The notes under the pieces are model-generated. The model made no database searches. It was not told the DNA's origin and saw only the letters and a program-made list of their open reading frames with translations. Both the position numbers and the translations under genes were made by a program. From Felis catus (Eukaryota): 64,000 bases of DNA. Shown piece by piece: positions 33,749-46,127 of this stretch (its first letter is position 1; each line of letters begins with the position of its first letter). The stretch is taken from positions 49,353,815 through 49,417,814 of the forward strand of contig NC_058368.1 of assembly GCF_018350175.1 (NCBI RefSeq), read 5' to 3'.

Positions 33749-36700
33749 CCTAATGAAACACAGCAGTAACCATACACTTCAGCCAGAGATTCTTATAAGT
33801 AGGAGTCACAAACTGATCAGACTAGTTTTTAGAAATAACCAAGAAATACGAGACCTTTCTAGGTTCAGGTCTTAGTGGTCTCTATAAACCTCTCAACCCA
33901 CTGCTTTACGAAAATATCCGAAAGGCCCAATAAACTGAGAAACCTGTTGTGTCAAACCTTTCTGCAAACCTGTTGTGTGCAAACCTCTTTCTGCCATTTG
34001 CACTTTTACTTTCAACTTACAGACCAATCCTGGCTCCTGAGGATGGTAAGGCTGTATGTGTATCATCTCCCACAAAATCTTAGGTATTTCAGTAAACATA
34101 ATTTACTCCTTGGGGAAAAAGCCAGGGGGATAAAGGGATAATGAAGGAAGTTTACAGTGAACATTATGGCAATGAATAAAACCGTGAAGTGCTGTGCTAA
34201 TTAGGTGAAGGAGTTGCCAAGAAGTCCTTACAAAGGGGATGTTGTGGCTCCAAAGCCAGCCATATGCAGCTTGCTCAATGGATACTAATGTACATCTTCA
34301 TCAGCTTTCGTTTGTAGACAGCAGTTCCTCACATAAATCAAATTTAATGCTGAAAATCATCCATGCGTGGAGTTAAACAGTAAGACATAAGTACCTTACT
34401 TTTCTAAATATTTTCCATCCTGAGACTCTTCCCTGTTCCTTTGACATACTTTCTCCATGCCTCATCAAATAAAAGAGAATGGAATAGAACACACGCCAAG
34501 GAGTTCAATGCCAGCTACCTCTTGTATGAGGTCATTTCTCCCTCATTCCTGGAAGGTTTTATGGAGAGACAGCCCTCCTCCTGCAGAAGAATTAAACAGA
34601 CAAGGACTTGGTCCTTCCTGAAGTTCATACACTAAATTGCAGCTTAAAGAAAGGTATTAATGTCCCTGATATTCCAGGTCAGTCACAATGACTTTATTAA
34701 TAATGGTTTTCTTTATGAAAAACCATATAACAAGGTCTAATTTGTAATTCTTCAGCTAAAATTTTGTTCATTAGATTAACTTACTTTCCTAAAGAATCTG
34801 TTTATGCAAGTTGTAATAAAAAAAGGCAATGAGCTGGATAAAGCTAAAACATTAACTTTTGTCACCATCATCTACAAAGTCAGCTTAACATTTTACTTTT
34901 TTGTTACCACATAGTATGTGGGCCTACTGGTGGTCAAGAGATGAGGGGAAAAAAAATCACAGTGCAAGTAAAGACAACCATTTTACTCTAGGCTGCAGTT
35001 CAGATCACTGGACATGTTTTTGACTTGGCAGGAAAATACTTAAGAAGGAATCGTTGAATTCTGCTTAAGGTTGTAATTCAGTGAGTCACAATGCCTCCTG
35101 AGGCCCCTAAACCTAGGTCCCTGCAGTTATTCAATTTATGACTTTTTGTCAATCTTTCTCTCAATTTATTTCTAAACCATTATTGACATTAGATCTAAAA
35201 ATTAGATTCATGGAAAAAAACCCAAAGGGCATGTTGATACCTGTTTTAGGCTGTTGATGAAAGCCACCTTTAGGAATACACTATACCTATGGCAAAAACT
35301 CATTTAGAAAGGTTAATATAGAGGGAAAAAAAATCCAAAGATGATGTAATCTGTTTATGAACTCAGTTAAAAGATCCATAAAACTAAACTGCTATACATA
35401 GTAATTTTCTGTCATTGTATTGTTTATTATAACTTTCTGGTTCACTAGTACTGCAATATGCCACAATTACTTAAGCTATATCTTTAATTAAGCATTAATA
35501 AAATATGAGTCAGATAATTATTCTAGAAATTTTATTATATAATTAGTGAATAAGTTAGCTACCATGTGATTACATAATGAGATTTCATATAAAATTTAGT
35601 ATGTGCACATTAGCTTAATTTAATGACAAACCATCCTCAAAACAAAAATAAGGATTTTTCTGAGTAAATGGTCCCTTAGTTCTAGAAATAATTCCCAAGG
35701 AGGAGGAAACTTTCCAAATAGTTAGCTTAGAAATTGTAGAAGCAAAAATAAAACCTATGTACCATCTGTACTTTTCATTTTCTACCATTGTTCCAGGGTG
35801 TCCTGACCAGTCCCTTCTCTGTAAGAGCTGTCATGGTAGCAGAAAAAGCCATGCTATAACTTTGCTACAAAGGAGGAACCAAATTCAACACCACACGACC
35901 ACTTAAGCTCTTTGCCCTGTCATCCCACCTTTCAGAGGGCAGGCTGGCTCCCCAGCCTCCCGTAAATCCGATTCTCTCGTTCCCAATTACCTCAGCCTCT
36001 GTGTGGTAGAAAACATTAGTGTTTTAATAACACGATAAAACAAAAAATATATATAAAGTTCATTGCTAAGGGAATTTAAATACATATTAGAAAGAGCATT
36101 ACTCTTTAAAAAAAAACGATGACCACAACAGATGACAAAATGGGTAAGTGAAAAAAAAATAAAGTGAAGTATAACATGAATGAGCACAGAGTAAATCCGG
36201 TGGGGGGGAGGGGGGTGGTGGTGAGCAATCCTTCTCTCACTGATTCAATTTTATCATAAACTATGTTTGGTATTCTAGAAATGGAACCCAAATCTGGTTT
36301 CTTGGTATATGTTTATCTTTTCTATAGTATAAAAACAAAGTTTTAATTAATTTAGCATTATAATTATTTCTGTGGGTCCCTCATTTTTCTTAAATAAAGG
36401 TTCTCTTCATATAGAACTTAAACTATTCTTGTTTACAATTTTCTTTATATAATGTGTATGTCTAACTAGCCTGTAATTATGATCTCCGTTTCTAATTGAT
36501 TCAGTTGATGCCCTTCAGTTATTCCAACATATTACTTACGTATGATGATGCTTTTAACTTTCTAAAAACTTAGTTTTCTAACAACTTTACTTCTTTCTCT
36601 CATCTAGTTGCATGATCCTAGAGAAATATAGGACTATATAAATCACAAAAGCATACTTTGTCATTATTTCATAGAAATGTCACCATTTGCCATTAAGCAT

Positions 36701-37070
36701 AATGGCTTTCATTTGATCTATACATACCTAGAACTGTAAAGAAAGTATACATACATTCACACACGAATGCAGATATGTAAGTATATTTGTGGTATGGATA
36801 TATTTATGTGTAACCGTCATTTTATAACATGCACACATTGGGGAGATACATGTTACCGTTCCTACAGGTTTTTGTCAGGATAGAAAAGGTTCCATCAAAT
36901 GCTTTTGGGAGAGTCTATTAAGGTGATAGGATTTTTACCTGATTTATATGGTAAATTATATTAGCATAAATTCTAACATTAAACACTGTCGTACTCCTGG
37001 TATAAACCTCATTTTCTGGTGCTGCATTATTCTTTTAAAGTATAATAAATTCTATACTTAAGATTATTCT

Positions 37071-37740
37071 GTAGTGCAGCCACTATGGAAAAGAGAATGG
37101 AGGTTCTTCAAAAAAATTAAAATTAAAACTATCATGTAATCTAGGATCCTATTTCTGGGTATATATGTGAAAAATGAAGTCACTATCTCAAAAGGCTATA
37201 TGCACTCCCACGTTCATTGCAGCATTATTTACAATAACCAAGACATAGAAACCACCTAAGAGTCGATCAAAAGATGAATGGATAAAGAAAATGTGTTATA
37301 TATTGCATCTTTCAGCATAAAAAAGGGGAATCCTCCCATTTGCAACAATGTAGATGTACCTTTAGGACATTATACTAAGTAAAGTAAGTCAGAGAAACAC
37401 AAACACTGTCTGATCTGACTTATTTGTGAACACACACACACACACACACACCCCACAGAACAGACAGGTGGGTACTGGCGAGGGGAAGATGGGTGATGGT
37501 GGCCTAAAGGCACAAACTTCCAGTTATCAAATATAGAAGTCCTGAGGATATAATGTACAGTGTGGTGGCTAAGGTTAGCAATATTGTAATGTATATTTGA
37601 AAGTTGCTAAGAGAATAGTTATCACAAGAAAAAATGATAGTGATGTGTGGTAATGTTAACTTATGATAATCATTTCGCAATATATCCATATGCCAAATCA
37701 ATATGTTATGCATCAAAAAGTAACATGATATTATCTGTGA
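37071..37740 (+). mobile_element. 5'-truncated L1 3' end (L1MA9-like)
   Basis: GTGCAGCCACTATGGAAA...CAAACTTCCAGTTATC...TTGAAAGTTGCTAAGAGA. TSD AA(G/A)ATTATTCT at 37060-37070 and 37741-37751. Confidence 0.9.
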
Positions 37741-37875
37741 AAAATTATTCTTGAATTTTAAAGACTTTTTTCTGTGGTAGTAGAGAAGTTGCTATCGTAA
37801 CACATAACTACATGTGTGTGCGCACGCGCAGGTCTGTGCGTGTAGGTGTGGGGTGCGCTCATATGCAGGCATGGC

Positions 37876-37984
37876 GTGTGCAGGGGTGTAGGTGTGCGGG
37901 GGGGTGTAGGTGTGAAGGGGGGTGTAGGTGTGCAGGGGGTGTAGGTGTGCAGGGGGAGTAGGTGTGCAGGGGGAGTAGGTGTGT
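37876..37984. repeat. G-rich minisatellite, ~6 copies of a 16-19 bp unit (GTGTGCAGGGGG(T/A)GTAG)
   Basis: Directly visible. Confidence 0.93.
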
Positions 37985-38420
37985 TATTTTCACATTTAGA
38001 TATCAAAGTGATACTGGTTCTATTAAAAAAGATGAAACACGAGTCCTTTCTTTCCTTCTCTATGCCATTAAAAAGGTAGAAGAGTAACGAATAACCTGTT
38101 CCCTGGTAGTTATAAATATTTACCTGTGAAGTCATTTGGGGCCTAATTTTACCAGTTTCTTCCATCACTATTTGTCTATTTGGGTTTCCTCTCTCTTCCA
38201 TCTCTGCTTTAGATATGGTTTTGTCATAGATAATTCCACATTCCATAGAGTGAAAAAGTCTATGCAGACACATTGGAAACAAAGTACACTTTTAGGAGTC
38301 TTCAGTTCATTTTATTTTGACTATTTCCTAGTATTCCATTTTAACTTTCACTCACATTTTCCCTAAATTAGGCCACTTAATGATTTATCTACGTTATTGC
38401 ATAGAAGTATATATTTTTCT

Positions 38421-38472
38421 TTTCTTTTTAATATGAAATTTATTGTCAAATTGGTTTCCATACAACACCCAG
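38421..38472 (-). mobile_element. Ultra-short (52 bp) felid L1 3'-end insertion
   Basis: ATATGAAATTTATTGTCAAATTGGTTTCCATACAACACCCAG is the reverse complement of the L1 end at ~61296-61340. TSD AG(A/G)AGTAT(A/G)TATTTTTCT at 38403-38420 and 38473-38490. Confidence 0.92.
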
Positions 38473-38647
38473 AGGAGTATGTATTTTTCTAAAGAGCCAG
38501 CTGCTCAATTGGAAAACAAAATACATTCACCGGAAAAAATGTTGCCATAAAGCAGATAAAATTTAGGGCCAAATATCTGTATGAATTTGAAAAATAAAAA
38601 ACCGTAAAAGAAGGAAGTTGCCTCTATAAAATACAACCATAAATATA

Positions 38648-38812
38648 ATAGCAACTGCTTATAAAGTACTTAACAGTGTATACTGTACTATTCTAAGTGC
38701 TTTGAACAAATTAGCTCATTTAATCCTCACTGTATTCCTATCAAGTAGAATGATTATTACCCCATTCTCAGCTAAAGAGCTGAAAGCACGGAATTTACAT
38801 AGATGGTAAGAG
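38648..38812 (-). mobile_element. MIR SINE
   Basis: TTCTAAGTGCTTT...CTCATTTAATCCTCAC...TTATTACCCCATT. Confidence 0.78.
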
Positions 38813-38949
38813 GTAGTGGTGCAAAGTAGTGACATAACAGTTCAGGAAAGCTGTGACAGAAGGAGATGCATTAGCTTTCATAAAGACGAAAGCTTCTCAG
38901 TTATGGTAACCGAAAATTTGGTACATTGAAAACAGAGCAGAAAGGAAAC

Positions 38950-40150
38950 TAGGCCCTGTGGAAGCACAATAAATATCTGTCCTGATGTACAGGGCAGAAA
39001 AGCAAGTAAAATTAAAGAAATTTTAAAAGGAGTTACAAATTATATACATATAAATATAAATCTATAAAGGCATATGAAAACATCCAATACAGGCACTGAG
39101 TATCACAAAGAATATAATTGAAATACATCATAAAAATACATACAGATATAATTCAAGAAACCTTGTCAGGAAAAAACAAACTTAAATCTATAGATATGAA
39201 AGAACATTTTCTAGGAGATTGACACAGAAGGCTCAATGCTACAACACACCTCAGTAAAGTTATTGAGGTGAGAAGATAAGGGAAAGTAGGCATTTAGACT
39301 GAAAGATCAAGTTACGTTTTAGGTAGAGATAAAGAAACCAGCCTAACCTCAGACTTCATAGCAATATTCAGTGCCAGAAAGCATTGTGAAAATGCCCACA
39401 GAGTCCTCAAGGGGGAAAACAAAATGACCCAATAAATGTTTTAACTTCTCTCATTTGAGAGTAAATGCAATTGAAAATATAGTTCCCATAAGTTCTTCTT
39501 TAATAAATAAATGACAAATTTCATTTAACCAGGGGGTAAAAAAATCCATTGCAAATAAACTGGCCATGGTGTGTTGTGATTATTTTTTTTAAGAATCTCT
39601 GATTCTATTTTTTTTAATTTAATGTTTAGTTTGAGAGAGAGAGACAGAATATGAGTGGGGGAGGGGCAGCGAGAGAGAAAGGGAGACACAGAATCCACAG
39701 AATCCAAAGAAGGCTCCAGGCTCTGAAATGTCAGCAGAGAGCCAGATGCGGGGCTCCAACTTATGAACCCTGAGATCATGACCTGAGCTGAAGTCAGATG
39801 CTTAACCGACTCAGCCCTGCAGGTGCCCCTGATTATTTTAAATGGACTAAAATAGAAATAAATGTCAGAATTATGGGGACAGTGTAGATTATAAGTGTGA
39901 TACACTCATCAAATGTTGGAAGCAAAGGTGAGAGATATAGTATGCAGTCTTCCTTTTTATTTAATAGCTGGGTACAAATGTTAAGTTTTCACGAGTTTAT
40001 AAGCCAAGTAAAGATATAAGTATATTTAAAGATATAAAATTAAGAAGAAATAGAATTAACTAAAAATCAAATGATGGGGATAAGGAGGGAAGGATTAGAA
40101 ATATAACTGTGTCACTTCTGAAACCAAAAGTCAATAGGTAACTTGAGTAG
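38950..40150 (+). mobile_element. HAL1 (half-L1, ORF1-only) remnant
   Basis: GATATAATTCAAGAAAC...GTAAAGTTATTG...AAAGATCAAGTTAC...CCTCAGACTTCATAGCAATATTCAGTGCCAGAAAG resembles the HAL1/L1 ORF1 consensus. Confidence 0.62.
39587..39829 (-). mobile_element. Can-SINE
   Basis: Typical body. TGATTATTTT at 39577-39586 and 39830-39839 is the likely TSD. Confidence 0.94.
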
Positions 40151-40174
40151 AGATGGAGAATTACGTACATTAAT

Positions 40175-40534
40175 TGTTCTGGGTTGAATGTTTATGTCCA
40201 CAAAGTTCCTATGTTGAAATCCCAACGCCTAATGTGATATCAGGAGGTGGAGCCTTTGGGATTTGATTAGGTCCTGAGGGCTGACCCTTAGGAATGGAAT
40301 TGGTGTCCCTATAGGAAGGCACAGGAGAGCTTCCTCTGGCTCTGTGCTCTCCACCACGTGAGAACACATTGAGAAGCTGGCTCTTGGCAACCAGGAAGAA
40401 AGCCCTCATGAGAAGTCAACCACACTGGCACCCTCATCTCAGACCTCCAGCCTCCAAATTAAAAGAAACAAATTTCTGTTGTGGATAAGCCACCCAGTTT
40501 ATGGTCTTGCGCCATAACAGCCTGAGCTAAGATA
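40175..40534 (+). mobile_element. MaLR solo LTR (MLT1A0-like)
   Basis: TGTTCTGGGTTGAATGTTTATGTCC...GGAGGTGGAGCCTTTGGGA...AAGCCACCCAGTTTATGGT...GAGCTAAGATA. Confidence 0.88.
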
Positions 40535-40542
40535 TACAAACT

Positions 40543-40769
40543 TTGTTTTATGCTTTTTTTTACATTTATTTGTTTTGAAAGAGAGAGAAAGAGCACGAGC
40601 GTGAGCACAATCAGGGAGGGGCACAGAGAGAGGGAGAGAGAATCTCAAGCAGTCTCTGCACTGCTAGCACAGAGCCCCATGCAGGGCTTGAACTAAAACA
40701 ACGTGAGATCGCGCCCTGAGCCCCAGTCAAGAGTCTGATGCTTAACTGACTGGTACACCCAGGTGCCCC
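40543..40769 (-). mobile_element. Can-SINE
   Basis: Typical body with an imperfect TSD beginning TAAGATAT. Confidence 0.93.
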
Positions 40770-42549
40770 TAAGATATTATATAAACTCTACTTTCATCTT
40801 GGTTAAGCTTATACTGAGGGTACTTAGGACAATAACCAACAAAATAAAATGTGTACCCCTTTCACCCTAAGCACTCACTTTGAGGAATCTAAAAGGTATA
40901 TCACACAGATATACCTAAACAAGTTCTGCAGATACCTATGGGGATATTTTTTTGTATTATTGTTAGATTGTTTCAAAGTCTTTACTGAGTGTCCATCTAT
41001 ATAAGATTCATCATATTCTGCTAACTTCAGATAATGAAATGCTCTGTAGTTGTTCTAAGAAAGTAAAATCGATTGTGAAACAAGTCCAAGACGTGTAAGT
41101 GAAAAATGACGCTTATGACAACTATGTCATCAGGTGTGTTCACATATTTAAAAAGGAAATCCTGTATATGTGTATACTTCCATTTGCAAAAACTACCAAA
41201 CAGAAGTAGAATGATAGACATGTTTGTCAAGAAGCCAAGTGTTTGCTTAAAAATAAACACTTTTAGGTGCTAATTGGCTCCATAAGAACACAATTGCAAT
41301 CTCTACGATTTTGCTTTAGTTTGAGCAAAGCAGAATTTATGAGGCATACAGGTATTTAAGTGAAATCATGACTCTAATTAATTGAATGCATAAAAGCAAA
41401 ATGATGCTATGTAAATACACTTAAAGTATAATGACATGTAAATTAACATAAAATAGCAAAGACTCCACATCATACATGCCTAAACTCTGAAACATGCTCA
41501 GAAAAAAAAGTGAAGATCTCTGTAGGGATCCCCCCAGTACAGGCACAATCTGGCTTGATGTTTCCATTGTTATTCAAAACTGGTTATCAGGAACAGTTGA
41601 AGCTCCAAATGAAGCTCACAGCAAGTACAAGCTATAAAAAGCATTCGCTTGTCACTAAAAGAATATGAACAGGTTTAGCACATCTACTTTTCCACACTTC
41701 AAGTTTTCAAATGAGACTGTAAGGCGATTATCAAGGGATTTTGCAGGAAGATAACTTTCCCTCTAAATCTTTTCATCCAGGCGTGATATACAAATGTGCA
41801 ATATATCTTTCCTATAATTAAGTAAACTGTTTCCTTGCTTCATAGTTACTCAGCAACAGTGACACCTACACATTCTTTCCGGAGGGGGAAAAAATTAAGA
41901 CGTATTGCCAAGCAAACTGTTAGGAAATGGACATTTTAATTGATTATTCTGGTAGAAAATTATTGAGAAAATACTTTGTCATATTTCTTCTTTATAAACC
42001 TCTTTTATCATTGTTTTGAATTCTAGCTATATTGTCAAAAAACTGCATTATATTTTGTTACTTTGTCGTCTTGCCTCAAATAAAAAATGTCTGCCTGGGG
42101 AAAACTATTTAGTCAAAAGGGAACAGGAGATGGTCTAAAGGGAAAAAATATATACATTGAAAAAAATTTCTTTGGTCACTCAGAGATGCTACCACTTAAA
42201 AGCAGTTCTGGTAAGGTTTTTAAATTTAACATAAATATGTAAATGAATATTTAAGACTGTGCTAAATTGTTATATATATGCAGTCTTTGACTTTCATCTG
42301 CGAGAATTAGACTTAGGCCAAATTAAGACAAACCTTAAATATTACCTTTAGGAGTTTTATCTTGAGAGAAATGTAGAGTTCTGAAGAGCTTTTAGCAGAG
42401 AAATAATAACACCCACTTTGCCACTGAGAAGAGGCAAAACAGTTGCAATTAAGTAAAGGCTTGATTGTAGGCAAGGAAGTGATAAAAGTCACAGTATAGC
42501 TTCTGGACTAGTATAACCAACATTTCTCTAACTGGGGTTTTTTCACTTG

Positions 42550-42906
42550 TAAAATATGTATTTTCTCGGTTCAAAATGTAAAAATTATAAACTATAAAAG
42601 GCTACACAGCAACATGTTTCAGCCACCCTTGTCCACAAGCCATCCAGACTCTCTCTACCTGTAGGTAGCTAGTAAAACTAGCTTCTGCCCATCTTTCCAG
42701 ATATATTCACACACAAATCCTTACCTACTCCCCTGCCCCATTTTTTACATAAATAGTTGCATATTCAACATACTGTTCTGCAGTTTGTTTCTTCACTAAA
42801 TGTGGGATTTCAGAGAAATCCAACACTATTTCTGTGTTAGTACAAAAGCTTCTTCAGCCTTTAACTACCATATACATCTATGTATACACACACACACACA
42901 CATATA

Positions 42907-42955
<49 letters not shown>

Positions 42956-43102
42956 GCACACACACATACATATGTATACACACACCATACATAATATACA
43001 CTGTAACTTAATCTGTCACCTATTGAATATTAGGTTCAGTACTGCAAGAAGTACCCTTACATAGGTTTTATCTTGCACATGTACAGTTGAATCTATAGGA
43101 TT
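42550..43102 (-). mobile_element. Old L1ME-type 3'UTR
   Basis: ATCTTTCCAGATATATTC...TTTTACATAAATAGTTGCATATTCAACATACTGTTCTGCA...TTCACTAAAT. Confidence 0.7.
42870..42999. repeat. Compound (CA)/(TG)/(TA) microsatellite
   Basis: Directly visible. Confidence 0.95.
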
Positions 43103-43309
43103 CTGTTACCATCATCCATTGCTGCATGATGAACTACTTCAAAACCTAGTGGCCTAAACCAGCAATTATTGCTGTATCTACTTTGTCGATCAGGAATTGG
43201 AAATCCTTGGAACAGAAGAATAAATATCCCGGCCATGATGCATCAAAAGGGGTCACTTCTTTCCAGTCAACTCAAGGGTGGTTTGCTTGGGTTGTCCAGC
43301 CATCTAGCA

Positions 43310-43869
43310 CCAAGGGTACAAACTTTTAAGTTTTTTTTTTTTTAATTTTTTTTCAACGTTTATTTATTTTTGGGACAGAGAGAGACAGAGCATGAACAGG
43401 CGAGGGGAAGAGAGAGAGGGAGACACAGAATCGGAAACAGGCTCCAGGCTCTGAGCCATCAGCCCAGAGCCCAACGCGGGGCTCGAACTCACGGACCGCG
43501 AGAACGTGACCTGGCTGAAGTCGGACGCTTAACCGACTGCGCCACCCAGGCGCCCCTAAACTTTTAAGTTTTAAGATGAAAAAGTTCTGGGCACCTAAAA
43601 CACATCATGTACATAGCATCATAACTATAGTTAATGATAATGTACTGTATTGTGGAAAGTTCCAAAATGTATAGATCTTAAGTATTTATTTCTTTTATTG
43701 CAGTGGAAAGGAAGGAAAAGAAGGAACAGGCAAACTATGTAAGGTAATGGATATGTTAGTTAACCTTATGGTGATAATCATTTCACATTATACTTGTCTA
43801 TCAAACTGTCATGTTGTACATCTTAAACCAAGTTTATATCTCATATATCTCAATAAGGCTTAAAAAAAA
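43310..43869 (+). mobile_element. L1MA-type 3'UTR fragment
   Basis: AAGGGTACAAACTTT...AAGTTCTGG...ACTATAGTTAAT...TAATCATTTCACA...TCTCAATAAGGCT followed by an A tail. Confidence 0.85.
43335..43556 (-). mobile_element. Young felid SINE (SINEC_Fc-like)
   Basis: CpG-rich. Perfect TSD AAACTTTTAAGTTTT at 43320-43334 and 43558-43572. Confidence 0.97.
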
Positions 43870-45104
43870 ACAGGATAATGACAGAAGCACATGTTGCCAG
43901 TATCTTAAGGGCCAGTTCTAGTCTGTGTCCTATTCTGTGCAAATAGTTGTCTGTGGCTTTTGGTTTCACCCTCTGGGCCCTTGGAACTCACCTCTTAGAC
44001 ATCTTTTATTTTTCATAATAAACAACAAATGCTGCCTCTTGTTGCCTCTTGGGTGATCTTTTTAGCTTTCTCTCTACTCTTAGACAGTTGGGGAGTGGAT
44101 TTTGTTTTCTTTTGAAATATTTCTGGCCCTTTTATTCCAAGTTGATAGAATTACTACAATTCTCTTATAAAATTTGTGAGATTTCTATGAATCTTAGTAG
44201 GGTCCTGTATTGGATAAAAGTAATAAATCTCCCAAGGCAGGTTCCCTTCAACTTGGGATAAAGATCAGGATGCTATAGAAAAGTGATTAAGTTTCCCATA
44301 AGGCATTTATTTTGTCTATTTGAGAGTTTCTATGAGACACATCCTTAAATCTTCATAACATCTTAATAATGGGCCTTAAAGGCATATCCTTGAAATGATA
44401 TCTACCCAATTAGCATTTAATTTGAGAACCTTTCAGGGAAGCTGGGAAAAATAGTTTCATTTTCAAATGGCAAGACATGACTACCTTTTCTCTAAATGTT
44501 GTACAAAAACTGAATCTTTCCTTTTGTAGCTCATATGCCTTCATCTGTACTTTATTATATATGGCTAAAAAAAACTAAAACTGGCAGTTGAAAAATTATT
44601 CCCAAAATAGGTCTGCCAAATTGACTGATTTTAAATTTATATCTCAATATATAGATATCTTTATCTAGCTGTATACATGTGACACAGGTGACACTGTTGC
44701 CAAACTTCTGGCTAATACATAACAAAATTTCCTTTATTCCGGACTCTGATAACACTTTCCTGATTCTTTCAGCTTTCACAAACAGGTACTACTCTTTCCC
44801 ACCGGGTCCCAAAGTCAATGTTTTGTTTTAAATTTTATGGCATTTCACTTCCACGTATAGAATTCGGTGTAGCTTATCTATTACTCTTAACAAATATATT
44901 AAAACTTGGTTGAAAGCAAAAACAATTTGATTGTATCTTACGATTTGAGAGGTCAAGAATTTGGACACTACTCAGGTAGGTGACTCTTCACACAGCATCA
45001 AGAAAATCTTTTGGTGGCATTCATTTGGCAGAGGAGCTGGCCTGCACAGTCTAAGATGTCTAATTGGCTTCTATCTTCAAAGTAATTTACATGAAAACCC
45101 TAAC

Positions 45105-45400
45105 AGGGTTTGTGAGAAATTAACAAGCTGACTCTAAAATCTGTATATAATTACAAAAACCCAAGAGTAACCAAAACAACAAAGAATATGGTAAGGAAAA
45201 TTTCCTTACTACATCTCAAGATTTATTGTTAAAATATGGTAACTAAGATGAGTGTTATTGGCATACAATTTGACCCACAGTACAGAATAGAGAGTCCAGA
45301 AGTAAATCTATGCTCATATGGAGAGGTATATATGTAAAAAGAAGCATTACAGAAATAATTATTCAACAAACTTCCCTGGCAATATTGATGTATTATATAT

Positions 45401-45444
<44 letters not shown>

Positions 45445-45593
45445 AAGACTTCTGTCACATCATACACACAAAAATGTCAACTCCAGATATAGAGAAAAAA
45501 TATAAACTTGCAGAAAATAAAGAAACATTTTATATTGCCCCAAAAGTACTAATGACAAGGAGATAAATTCAACCACATTAAATACATTTTGTT

Positions 45594-45641
<48 letters not shown>

Positions 45642-45780
45642 GTGACAGTAAAGTTGGGGAAGATATTTGTGTCATATACAACTGACAAAGCCTAATGATC
45701 TATGAAGGATAAATAGATAAGTAATTAAATGGATGGGTGGAGGGGGGTAGGATAGCAGTGGGGGAAAGGGTAGTGAGAGG
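45105..45780 (+). mobile_element. Old L1 ORF2 remnant containing (CA)n runs at ~45403-45442 and ~45597-45638
   Basis: AACAAGCTGACTCTAAAAT...ACAGAATAGAGAGTCCAGAAGTAAAT...GGGAAGATATTTGTGTCATATACAACTGACAAAG. Confidence 0.7.
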
Positions 45781-45802
45781 CAAGAGAAAATTATCACCTA
45801 AA

Positions 45803-45825
45803 ATTTTTTATTAATGTTTATTTAT

Positions 45826-45872
<47 letters not shown>

Positions 45873-45900
45873 GAGAGAAAGAGAGAGAGAGAGAGTGAGA
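45803..45900 (-). mobile_element. Severely 5'-truncated Can-SINE (tail + (GA)n only)
   Basis: TTAATGTTTATTTATTTTGAGAGAG... with no head following. Confidence 0.75.
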
Positions 45901-46078
45901 AAAAACCTGAAAACAGCAACTTGGCTGAATTAATGGGTAGGATTATAATGCCATAATTTGAGTAAGAGCTCCAGATCTCATTCTAAAGTGGCATTTTGAA
46001 TAGCACAGACCTAAAATATCCATAGTTGGTACTCATTAGTGGATCATGAAATAGGTTCCGAATAAGTTACCATGTTTG

Positions 46079-46080
<2 letters not shown>

Positions 46081-46122
<42 letters not shown>
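46081..46122. repeat. (AC)n microsatellite
   Basis: Directly visible. Confidence 0.98.

Positions 46123-46127
<5 letters not shown>

Larger units (their letters stand above)
36420..38400 (-). mobile_element. Very old L1 ORF2 remnant (L1ME/L1M5-like), interrupted
   Basis: Antisense ORF2 motifs: CACCATTTGCCATTAAGCATAATG, ATCAAATGCTTTT, ACTCCTGGTATAAACCTCA, TTTACCTGTGAAGTCATTTGGGGCCT. Confidence 0.6.
43104..45070 (-). mobile_element. MaLR provirus remnant (MLT1G/H-like): LTR - internal region - LTR
   Basis: Two related LTR ends (43104 TGTTACC...ATTGCTGCATGATGAACTACTTCAAAACCTAGTGGCCTAAACC; ~44866 ...CTATTACTCTTAACAAATATATTAAAACTTGGTTGAAAGC) flank MLT1-int-like sequence. The internal region ends in CATTTCACTTCCACGTATAGAATTC (cf. 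CACCCCACTTCTGGTACCAATTTC). Confidence 0.62.

Noticed and set aside
37758..38282. 174-aa ORF with Pro/Thr repeats
   Set aside because: It is read through a decayed L1 and the G-rich minisatellite, so the repeats are a translation artefact.
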